Source of the DNA: Nageia nagi
Lineage: Eukaryota > Plantae > Pinophyta
DNA length: 64,000 nucleotides
Assembly (NCBI GenBank): GCA_050084985.1
Contig: JBITNC010000002.1
Coordinates: 26,164,001 to 26,228,000, forward strand
Direction of reading: 5' to 3'
The notes below the pieces were generated by a model. That model saw only the letters and a program-made list of their open reading frames with translations, did not search any database and was not told the origin of the DNA. Of this stretch, positions 12,712 through 24,775 are shown in pieces. The stretch's first letter is position 1. The number at the start of each line of letters is the position of its first letter. Position numbers and translations under genes: made by a program.

Positions 12712-15700
12712 TGTTGATATTAAAAATTGATTTTACTCAATTAATTTGATATCAGTTATAATAAATAAAAGCTAAATAAATATGCAAACTGGATTATAAT
12801 TGAATTAAATAAGACCTTATGCTTGTATGGTTTTTCCGTAATCAATCTGAATTTAAATTAACTACAAACCTGTTATTTACCTATACGGGATGGATCATAG
12901 CTTAGATATGGACTAATAGGGTCTAGACAACTCACTTTCGAAGTTCACAATGCGTTTATGTACTATGGTGGGCCATTGTATGCCATTTCAACTCAATGCC
13001 TTCAAACTTGCGTTCGTTGTCAAGACTTCCTGCTAAGATCTTAGACCTAAACTACAATATCACGAATAAGGAATGTAGTAATCAATGAGGGTACAAAACT
13101 AGACTTGATAGGTGGTGTCAAGAGACATCGAGCATAAATGCTATTGTAGATGTATCAATACTTTGTCAAGGTCTAAATATGATCAATGTCACATCCTTTC
13201 TCCCTTATATAGATGAAGTTCCATTGTTGAGCTAAGCCTCCTTGCTTAACGTGCCTTGGACCTATTACCACAAAGATAGGAAGGAGTGAAATTGCATTTT
13301 ATTCAACAAATATACCTCAATATAATAATAACATTTAAATTACTTTAATTTCTTAGATACCTAAAACATGATTTTTAATCAAATAAAAATCAAATTTAGT
13401 TGTTAATGGATGCTTCCCTTTGGATATATTTTTGACACAAAATCAAAAGTATAATCCAAGGAAAACATATAGAATAAACCAAATATTCCCTGAATAACCA
13501 TCATAGCAAATATGTTCCATGTTTTTGCATTACTCTCTTGCCCTCTTTTTGACTTGTTTGCTGTATGCATCATCAATGAATGAAGGGAACCAAGATAAAA
13601 ACCGGAAAAAGACAAAATAAAAGCAACTACAACAAACATAACATCTTAGAGAATAATCTTTGTTAGCTTAATACATCATATTATAGAATCATCATCATAG
13701 AATAGTCAAAGGATAATCAAGTACTTATTGCCCCAAGTACACAAGGGATTATAATAAACAAGAATCATTAAGTACTTATTGTCCCAAGTACGCAAAGGAT
13801 TAGAATAAACAAGAATAATCAGTAATTATCATTGCATCATAACTAAGTAAGAATAACTGAATTATCGAGAAATAATCTTAGACCAACTAGATTCTAAAGG
13901 TAGAGATCAATTAAACATATCTTAACTTACCATTGGCATGGAATAAGCACATAAACTAGAGAATTTCAGGAGAAAACCTTTTCATATGCCGTATGCCAAC
14001 ACACCTCTTTTCATGGAATTTGTCCCTACAATCTCTGACTGAAGACTAAATGAAGCAATTGAAACTAACCTTTGGGCCTCATCCTACTCCGTTAAACTCA
14101 ATGGGCAAGAAAGATACAAAGAATACATCCACCAAATTTCAAGGAGAGTTCCCAAGTTTTTGGGAACTAAAACTGCTCCAGACCACTGAAACACGGGAGA
14201 CTTGAAAATTTGAGCCTACTTAGTAGGCCAATGGTGCGCCACCGTACTATACTCTGAAAACATCAACTATTGATATTTCCTAAAAAACAAACTTACATCT
14301 TCCTGATATCGTACATAATTGAAATCTGACTGAATAATAATCTAGATTGTCCCCAGCTTAATTGAAAACTGACAATGAGAAATGTAGAGACTGATTGATA
14401 GCCTTCATATCTTCAACTCATTACATGAAAGAAAGGAAAATCAATGAAGCATAGAGGACTCTCTTGCCCCCAAGAATTGAAGAAAAGCATTAACATTCTT
14501 GAAAACAAGACAAATAGGCCTATCTTTTTGAAGACATTCTGAATCTTGACTGACCACTGCCATATCTACGTGCTGTCCTTCACTTTGTGGAACAAATTTT
14601 GTTTTCTGTTTTTTCTGAATCTACATTTTCTTTGTTTTTTTTTACCTGTCTCATGCATTTTATTTTCTTAGGCAATTCTTGAACTACTGCGATTGATTCT
14701 ACCTATTCCAATTTTCTTTTCTAATTGCCTTCAATATGCATGACTTCTTGGACTTAATCATGTTCTTCAGAGGTTTCAGTCCGTTGGCATACAGTTTCTT
14801 ATTCCTTTGTGCGTTGGCATATCATATCTTCGGGATATTGCAGACTACCAAGACTTCTAAATGAATCCAATAGATCAAAGATTTCTGACTTGTATGTCAC
14901 CATGCCTGTTTCTATCACTACAATGTGTTCTTCTTCCTTTTGCAAAATTGTCTCTTCTTCCTTCTTTATTTCATCATTACTTGAAATTTGTTTATCCTCC
15001 ATATTGTTTTTTTCCATGATTGAAACATTTGAAAACACATCTGATGAAATACTGCTCTCCACTTGCTCTTGAAAGCATCCAAGAAAGCCTTTCTATGCAA
15101 AGGAGACATCTCAATCAATCTATACAATCTTATTTTATTTGAAAGTTGTTCCTTTAATTCTTCATCTGACACTATGTGAGGGCTATCTTGTCTTACAGTA
15201 GCATTATTAATATTGACTTCATATTCTTCTTCACTTTGGTCACTTTGACTATATTGATCCTCCTTAACATATGCAACTTGACCACTATCAATTAGCTTAA
15301 GCAAAATTTTCCTTAATGCAACACATCCACTAGTCCTATGCCCCTTCACTTGATGATAAGTACAATAAACATTTGCATCATACCAACTAGGCTTTGGATC
15401 TTTCTCTCCTAATTCTTCGTGCATGAAATATTCCAAATTAGGAAAAATAATATTTTTCTCCATTTATTGCAATTCCTATCACAAATATGCAAAATGAACT
15501 TCAAAATAAATTCCATAAATATGAGATCGAAATGAAGAGCAATTATATTAATCAATGTGATCAAGTACAAATGCTCAAATTGGCGCAAAGGGCTAAACGT
15601 CTTGCTACAAATGCTTAACAACTCCAAGTTGCCAAAAATGGTGACATCACAATGTTATGGCCTCTAATCCTCGGATTTGAGCTGAAATTGAACAGGCAAC

Positions 15701-17357
15701 ACTCCCTTAGGCTGTGATGCCTGGAATGAGGAAAGGAATGATGCCTCGGAATACCATCGGATGAGACTAAGGGTTTTCGTTCTTAGCCTATGATCTTGGA
15801 AGGGTTTTCGTCCTCCCAAAACCTTCTCTTGCAAGTTTTCATCCACAAGAGGAATGGAGATGACTCCACGCCAAGTCTCAAAGAGGAGATGAATAATCAA
15901 TAAGCCAAAGATACCCCCCCCAATGGTGCTCCACTCTCTTTTGTAATTGGATGCCCCATTATGGCATCTAGATCTTGCCTATGGATCATGCAAGATAATT
16001 GAGTCTAGAGATTATAATTTTACATCCTTGGGATCATGCCCATTATGCCTAGATATAATGGACTACATCTACTCATCTCAAGAAAAGGGACGCCTCACTA
16101 ATGGAGGAATTACAATGTTTGCAAATTACTAAAATATTATTGAAATACTTCTAAATGCTAAATTACTCCTAAATATTATAAAATGCATTAAATACATTTA
16201 ATTATTCCCCAAGGGGGAACGTCCCACTCTAAGTGTCCCACCATACACATCGCAAGGCTGAAATGAGTGAGCTGTTGAAATTAGGGACATTACATTGCAA
16301 ATGAGGTTGGATCAAACCTTTAGCTAAACAATCTTGATACATATCCTTTAGAGAGATGGAGAGCATTGAATCTTTTGCTTTCTTTGTTTTTTGTGGTGCG
16401 TTGGTGCATTGGCACACTGTGGTTTGGACAAAACTCTCCAGTGTAATATCTCACCAAATTGAACAAAATGGCCTTCAAAATCTACGTTTGTTTGCAATAA
16501 TATTTTTGCACAAAATAAAAATTCCTCAATTATCCATTAATTTCAAAGTAACAAAATTTTCTAATTTTGTAAAGTTAATGCAACCATAAAAACAACAAGA
16601 CCTAGGGTTTCCAATAAAAAACTCGATAGAAAATGCAATGCTCAAGAAATCTAGGGTTTGCAAAAATAAGTTGGGTTCACCAATTTGTTGATACTAAATA
16701 TTGATTTTACTCAATTAATTTACTATCAACAATAATAAGTAAAATGCTAAATAAATATGCAAATTCGATGATAATGGAATTAAACAAGACCTTATGCTTC
16801 TATGCTTTATCTCTAATCAAATCTAAATTCAAATGAACTACAAACTTCTTGTTTACCTATATCAGATGGATCGTAGCTCAAATCTAGATTCAATAGGGTC
16901 TAGAGGACTCAATCCCAAAGTTCAAACTTTTGTACCTAACAAGTGCAATGCATCGTCGTACATTGTTCCAACGTCAATGCCTTCCTAAAAAATTGTCATA
17001 CCTAAACTACAATATCACGAATAAGGGATGTAGTAATCAATGAGGGCACAAATCAAGACTTGATAGGTGGTATCAAGAGACACTCAACATAGAATGCTAC
17101 TATACATCTATCAATGCTCTACCAAGGTCCAAATATGATCAATTTCACATCTTTCCTCTTTTATATAGATGAAGTTCCACCATTGGCTAAGCCTTCTTGT
17201 TTAGCTCACCTTGGACCTGTCACTACAAAGATAGAAAAGAGTGGAATTGCACTTTATTCCACAAATATACCTCAAATATAACAGATAAACATTTAAATTA
17301 CTTAGATACTTAAAATCTGATTTTTAATTAAATAAAAATGAAATTTAGGTGTTGACA
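12712..17357 (-). mobile_element. Non-autonomous Ogre/Tat-like Ty3/gypsy element (gag remnant only)
   Basis: Diverged LTRs 12712-13408 and 16686-17357 (TGTTGA start; the latter ends in CA); TSD TGTAG/AGTAG; PBS TGGTGAACCCAAC next to 16686; gag-like WYDANVYCTYHQVKGHRTSGCVALRKILLKLIDSG at 14966-15463. Confidence 0.85.
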
Positions 17358-18496
17358 AGTAGCAACCCCCAAAAGGAGGAAACTTTTAGGTTGCTTAATC
17401 TCAAACTAAAATCTTATTTCTTGAACCACTCTTTGGAGGAAAACTCGCTTGTGTGGGGATCTAATGTAGATGGGTATTTTACAGTTAAATCAATTTATCT
17501 TACTCTTATGCTTGAACCAAAAGGGAACATTTCCTTGGAGTAAGAAAGCTACCCTTAATATTGCTATTTTCCTTTGGCTGGTTTCTTAGCTTAAAATTCA
17601 GATTGTGGACAATGTGAAGTAAAAAGGTTTTCATCTAATGAGGAATTGTGTTATGTGTAAATCAATGTGTTCTGTGTAAATCTAATGAGGAATTGTGAAT
17701 CATCTCTTTTTAGAATGCAAATACTCTGTATAATTTTTCACTAATATCATTCATAAAATTGGAATTTATTGGGTCCTTCTAAATAATATGTTGGATGGGC
17801 TGCAACAGTGGGAAATACCTTTTAGAAGCAGAAGACTAAATGCAGTATGAGACATTATTCCATTTCATTATGGTTGGAAATAAAGACGAGGATTTTTAAA
17901 GAGTAAAAAAGATGTATTCTCAAAAATACTTAAACTATTTAAGGAGCGATTTTGGATAATAAATACAACATCAAATTGAAGAATAAGACAGAAAATAACG
18001 AGGGAGCTTCTTTTTCTGCTAGATGGACACTTAAAACCAATTTAGGCAAGTTTTTCTTCTAAGAATTCAATAAGGAATAATGTCAAGTAGCAACTTCTGA
18101 AAACAGATTGGTTAAACTAAACTTTAATGGGGGCCTCTAAAGGAAATTCTGGAAAAGGCTGGAGGTGGACGGTTATTAGAAATAATTTGGGTGTTATGGT
18201 TGGTGTTTTTACAGACTTTTTTGGGAGATGACCCGTCATTTGGCTGAAGGAAGAACTGTTTATGTTGGTGTTAGATTTACAATGGATATCAGGGTAAATA
18301 AATTGTTTGTGGATGGAGACTCTCCAAATATAATTAATTGCCTAAAAGGCAATTTTAAATTGTGTTAGGAGATGACTATCATACTTCAAGACACTCTACA
18401 GATGCTAGAATGCTATGAAGAATATGAAGTCAGCCATTTTCTTAGAGAAGGAAACAATGTTGCAGATTGGTCAGCAAACTGGGGCACTCTTAGAAA
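17358..18496 (+). mobile_element. L1 LINE ORF2 remnant, segment 2 (zf-RVT and RNase H)
   Basis: LVWGSNVDGYFTVKS, C..CKSNEE..NHLFLEC, KLNFNG.SKGN, VDGDS, SHFLREGNNVADWSANWG. Confidence 0.88.
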
Positions 18497-19447
18497 TGAG
18501 AGAATTAGCACTACTCTAATCCTCAAGGTCCAAGACTAGGAAGCTCAATCACACAACATTCACACAAGATAACACAAGTGTAATGTGGTTCCTCCCTCCT
18601 TGGGAGTACATCCACAACTAGTATCTCAATTCTCAAGTATGCCCCTCTTACAACTATTCTCTTCCTCTCTCCTACACAAACTAGTAGAGTAATCTTACTC
18701 CAAAACTTAGATATGTTACAAGAGGAGAGACCCTCTATTTATAGCTTGAGAGCACCTCCCTAACCTCCCTTTAACCCAAGGGTAAGGTTAGGGTTACAAT
18801 AAATGTGTGACCTAACTTTAACCTACCAACTAACCTCATGGTTAGGTCAAAGTCCACACATAATAAAGAATTCAATTAATCCCTTAAGGTATCTACATAT
18901 CCTTTAAGTGATTAATTGAACTTACAAGGAGTTTAGATATTCACAATATTTCATTACAAATTCTAACACTCCCCCTTAATGCAATATTGGGATAGAGCGT
19001 AGAAGAAAGAAGAGAGAGAGTTCTCCTCCATAGAGATACAAGTGGAGATGAGAACATTTACATATTTGAGAATCTTTTTGAGAACTAGTATGAGACTCAC
19101 TACATTACCATTTGACAAAATGGTTTACAATACAATCATTAACCACAACTGGTTTCACTGTACATAGTAGTCGATCAACTTTAAGCTGACATGTGAGTCT
19201 CCATGAGCTTGCTTTCACAAGGTGAGTAACCTGCATTTCTGAAGAAGATCCTGCATGCTACAAGCAACTCATGAACAAAATCAGTTAGATGCATCATATA
19301 TTCAAATAAGAGAATCAAATAATGCCATCTTATAAATAACTGATTAATGGTGCACTATAAGTCATCACAGAGATGCCAAGCCATCACTCATAGTCACTTG
19401 TTGTATATAGACATGTGTTGATTATTAATAGAGCATAAAAATTGTAC

Positions 19448-19831
19448 GAGTTTCTCACGTAGAGCAAACTCACCACGGAGGTATAGAATGTACAACAAGT
19501 TCGTCACGCAGAGCGAACTTACCACGGAGGTATATTAATTATATGGTCAAAAATTATACAACGAGTTTCTCACGCAGAGCAAACTCACCACGGAGGTATA
19601 AAATGTACAACAAGTTTGTCACGCAGAGCAAACTTGCCACGGAGGTGTAAAATGTACAAGAAGTTTGTCACGCAGAGCAAACTTACCACGGAGGTATAAA
19701 TATGTACAACAAGTTTGTCACACAGAGCAAACTTACCACGGAGGTATAAAATAATCAACACTCTATAACAACAATTGTACAACAAGTTTGTCACGCAGAG
19801 CAAACTTACCACGGAGGTCTAGAATGTACAA
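19448..19831. repeat. Seven-unit tandem array (49-73 bp period) of hairpin-forming repeats in the copia 3' region
   Basis: Core AAGTTTGTCACGCAGAGCAAACTTACCACGGAGGT starts at 19448, 19497, 19563, 19612, 19661, 19711, 19784. Confidence 0.95.
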
Positions 19832-19877
19832 TAAAAAAAGGCCTCTTAGAGGTGAAGTTGTCATTACTAACAAAAGT

Positions 19878-22800
19878 TCAAACTTCACTCCCCCTTGAGG
19901 GCAACTTCACCAACTCGAGAGAATCCCTAAGCTTGCTGAACTGAGCTTCAGGAAGGGGCTTGGTGAATAAATCAGCGGAGTTTTCAGTAGATGGACAATA
20001 CTCCAAGTGTATGATGTCATCTAGAACCTTCTCCCTGATAAAATGGGCTTGGATTTCCACATGTTTGGTTCTCTGATGGAACACAGGATTCTTAGCCAAA
20101 GAGATAGCCGATTGATTGTCTGAAGAAATAAGAGATGGGCCATTTTGTTTATACCCAATTTCGTTCAGAAGATGCCTCAGCCAAATAGCTTCTTGGGCGG
20201 CAACAGACATGGCTCGATATTCAGCTTCGGTGGTAGAAAGTCACAGTAGGTTGCTTCTTGGAAGCCCAAGAGATAGCACCTGAACCAATGCTGAACACAT
20301 ATGCAGAGGTTGATTTTCTGTCATCTTTATCTCCCCCATAATCAGAATCTGAGAATCCTGAAAGAACAATCGAGGGCACTTTGGAATACTTAAGAGCAAG
20401 ATCCTTTGTCCTTGCCACATACCTCAAGATTTGCTTAACAGCATTGAGGTGTTCAACATATGGTTTTTGCATGAATCGTGCCATCAGATTCACTGCAAAG
20501 GCAATATCAGGTCCAAAGATAGATATAGAAGACTACCAATCAATTGCCTATAAGCTGTAGCATCAGCCAACTGAGAATCTGAGCTCAGTGATACAACGAT
20601 TCCAGGAGAAATAGGTATTGCAACATATCTACACTCCTCCATTCCAAACTTTTGCAAGATGTCTGATATATACTTAGATTGACTAAGATAAGTACAATCT
20701 TTGTGTTGGTATACTTGCATTCCAAGATAGTAATGCAATAGACCTAGATCAGTCATTTCAAATGTTGCCTTCAGTTTGGATATGCACTCTTGGATGATTT
20801 CAATATTGTTGCCTGTTATGAGAAGATCATCCACATAAAGGAGAATTAAGACCACGTCTTTTCCTTGATTGAGTACATAGAGATCTGAGTCAGAGAAGCA
20901 CTTGAAAAAACCAATATTTGCAAAGAAACCTGAAATTTTCTTGTACCATGCTCTAAGTGCTTGTTTAAGTCCATACAAAGACTTCTTTAGCTTGCACACA
21001 AGAGACTCTTTTCCTTCTAGAATAAATCCTTCTGGTTGATTCATGTAGATTTCTACATCCAAGTCACCATTGAGAAATGCACTCTTGACATCAAGTTGAA
21101 AAACTTTCCAACCTTGAGTTGCAGAAAGAGCAAGGATTATCCTAACAGTAGGCATCTTGGCCACAGGAGCAAAGGTTTCCTCATAATCAATACCATATTT
21201 CTGAGCGAATCCTTTGGCCACTAACTTTGCTTTGTATTTTTCAACTTCTCCATCAGAATTGTACTTGACCTTGTATATCCATTTATTTCCAATCACATTT
21301 TTCTCATTGGATAAGGAACCAAATCCCAAGTTTCATTTTTCATGAGTGCCTCATACTCAACTTTCATAGCTTCCATCCAACACTCTTGCTTGGAAGCTTC
21401 TTTCAATGTTGATGGCTCATTCATATTATCAATTTTGGCAAATAAGGATTTATTTAAGGTCATACTTCTTGTAATTCTTTGAGCTGGAGAATTTTGCTCT
21501 TGTGGTGACTTTCCTACATTATCATCCAACCAGTTAGGTGCAGGCGAAGAATCATCTGAATCAGACACTTCAGCATGAGAAGTCGTATCCTCAGGAAGTT
21601 CATTGAACTTGACATCCCTAGAAACAAAGACTGTTTTATGGGATGAGGAGTAGAGCCTGTAACCTCTATGCTGATTATCATACCCCACAAAGATGCATTT
21701 TTCTGATCTTTTATCTAGCTTCTTCCTTTTCTCTGAGGTAATAAAGGCAAATGCATCACAACCAAAGACCCTGAAGTGTGATATGTTAGGTTTCTTTCCT
21801 GTCCATGCTTCATATGGAGTTTTACCTTCAACTGCTTTAGTAGGACACCTATTTAGGGTGTGAATAGCAGTGTGAACAGCTTCTCCCCATAAGAAACTAG
21901 GAAGGTTACCCAACATGCATCTTGCCATTTCCATAATGGTGCGATTCTTCCTTTCAGCAACTCCATTTTGCTGAGGGGTGTATGGGATTGTGAATTGCCG
22001 CTTGATCCCATGTTTAACACTAGTCGTTAAACTCATTGCTATTATACTCACCCCCATTATTATATCTCAGCATCTTGATCTTAAAACCAGTTTGATTTTC
22101 AACAAGAGCCTTGAAGTCTTTAAACCTGTCAAAAGTTTGATCCTTGTGCTCAAGTAGATAACCAAATGTCATCCTATTGAAGTCATCAATGAAGGTCAGA
22201 ATATAAGAAGCTCCCCCTAGAGACTTAGTCTGAAATGGACCCATCAAATCTGAATGCACAAGCTGAAGAGGACGAGTAGCTCGAGTTGCCTTATCTTTTT
22301 CAAACTTTTGCCTATTCATCTTTCCTAGAATGCACCTTTTACAAAGACCAATTGTGGGTGAAATATTAGGTAAACCTTCTACAAGTTCTTGATTTTTCAT
22401 ATCTTGAATACTCTTGTGGTTAAGGTGCCCTAATCGTTGATGCCAAAGATTACCTTTTGAACACACATTTGCAGCAAGACAAATCTTTGAAGGAACTTGA
22501 TCCACAATATAAAGGTCGTTTTTTACTGATCCTTTCATCAAAGTGGCAAGTCCTTTCTTAACACATCAGGAGTGTGAGGTAAACTCAAATGAGCATCCTT
22601 TCCTTGTAATCTGAATTACGGAGATAAGATTCATCCTTAGCTTAGGCACATAAAGACATTATCAAGAGCCTTTCCATGAATCTTCACATTCCCTATTCCT
22701 TGAACATCAAGGACTGTATTATCACCTATCACAACTGTATCCTTGTTGTACTTATGAAAGTTTTCAAACTTATCTTTTTCATAACACATGTGATTAGTGC

Positions 22801-23764
22801 ATCCTGAATCAACAATCCAATCATTTGAAATAGTTTGAGTCATTGAGTAGTAGGCAACAGTAGCAGCATGCTTGTTCTTCTTTTTATTATTGAAATTTCT
22901 CACATTTGCATTTCCCTTGCCTTTTTGAGCAAATTTCTTTTTGCGATAATCATACTCTTTGTGCCCAAAGATGCCACAAAAGTTACAATTTCCATCAAAC
23001 TTTTCCTGCGGTGTTGGTTTGTTTGATCCAGCTTTGTCATTCCTTTGCTTGAAGTTGCCGTGCTTCCTGATGGTAGATGAGGATTTGTTATCTTTGAATT
23101 TATAATGTTTGAACGTCTTCTTGAAAGGAGTTTTGGTTGCTCCTAGAGCAATGCTATTATCTTTTGGAGAAAGGTTCAACATTTTCTTGTTCAAAGTTTC
23201 CTCATGCTTCAGAAGGTGTCTAGAAAGGTTGTCAAGAGAGATGACATCTTCTTCATCATCGAGCCTAGTCTCCATAACTGTGACAAAGTTATCGAACTTT
23301 GTAGAGAGGCTTTGAAGAATGATGAAGACCATGAACTCATCATTGATCCAATTGCACCCACAACCAACCAGTTGTGTCCTGAGGTCAATGATTTTGTTCA
23401 AGTAGATTGAAGCACTTTCATCTTCACCTTGACGATATTGCAACAACTTTTGTAGAATGGTGAACCTCCTTGAAAATTTGGACCCAAGGTAAATTTCCTT
23501 TAGTCTATCCCAAGCTTCTTTTGCTGATGTCGAGGAAGAGATTATGAGAAGGATGTCATCTGAAACTGCATGATAGATCATTGAAGTTGCTAACTCATTT
23601 TTTGAGTTGTAGATTTCAAGGGCCTTCTCATCTGTAGGAGCGACTAGATCTTCATTTACTGTCTGCCACAGCTTCCTTGCTTGTAACTTAGCTCTCATAC
23701 GAGGTTCCCATATGCCGAAGTTGGAACCGTCGAGTATGTGCTTGGGTATGAAGGTTTCAACCAT
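19878..23764 (-). pseudogene. Copia gag-pol (gag, CCHC knuckle remnant, protease, integrase, RT, RNase H) with at least 5 frameshifts
   Basis: LDGSNFGIW, CNFCGIFGH, WIVDSGCTNHM, LWHQRLGH, TPQQNGVAERKNRT, LDVKSAFLNG, LYVDDLL, SDSDYGG, RTKHVE, ADLFTKPL. Confidence 0.96.
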
Positions 23765-24665
23765 TGTCTGTACAAAAGTAAATATGCAATAAGAATGCAA
23801 ATTTTTACAAGTTTCCATCTATACAAATCAAACATAAGTAAACATGTCCCACATGTGCAAACTTATAAACCACGATCCGTAGAGGAATAAAGTTGGGGTT
23901 GTTTTCTTGTATAGAATTAGGCCTTCACCTGGATGCCCGCAAGGTGGAGCCTAGGTACTATCAGTCCTCAACCAGTTCACCTTGGTCAGTAATATACTCT
24001 CACAAGGAGAAGTACCAACTATTTTCCAAGGATCCGACGTATCTTGGATCGGCCATTTTAATTATCTTGATTAAGGTTTTTAGTTTTCCTCCTAGGTTAT
24101 CAGGATAATCCCTGAATGGATGTGCGGACATGTGGTATCACTACACACATGCCTGTCCACCTAATAGAGTTATGTCCAATCCAACAGAGGTCTTGGGGGC
24201 AATTAAGACAGACTTACCACCACTTGGGTCTTTGGACTAAAAAGGGCTCCAGTCTGCCCTGTCCTCACCTCGTGGCTCCCCAAACAAGTCATGTTGTGGA
24301 AGAATATGTGCGGATGTGTTTATTTTAGGGGTTACTTTCAATATTTGCGTTTTGCAAGTATAAAACAAATTGTGCAAAAATATAAAGTAAAGTAAAATTG
24401 CATCATCCACACGAGCTTAAAAAACCTTAAAAAGTCCAATGGGTTTTGTACTAACCCCTAAAGGACATTTTACATTTTGTATATTTTGCTCAATTCATTC
24501 AAGCACTTAATGAATTAAAAAAGAACTAAGTCCTACTTAGCATTAATCCATAACTTAAAAAACATGCATTGTTCCATGACTTAAAAAATTTAAGTAATAA
24601 TCATGCATCATGCATTATTTAACGTAAAAAAAAAATTTAAGTCCTAAGCATGTTTTATTCTTCAA

Positions 24666-24775
24666 ACAAGATAAAGATACATGCATCATAAGTCTAGCAT
24701 GCAAGATCTAGATAAGGTTTACAAGATAAAGAGACATGCATCACAAGTCTAGCATGCAAGATCTAGATAAAGTTT
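24666..24775. repeat. 55-bp tandem duplication in the copia leader
   Basis: ACAAGATAAAGA.ACATGCATCA.AAGTCTAGCATGCAAGATCTAGATAA.GTTT twice. Confidence 0.85.

Noticed and set aside
19448-19831. CRISPR array (palindromic repeats with variable linkers)
   Set aside because: Eukaryotic copia interior, no cas genes, and most linkers are copies of each other rather than unique spacers
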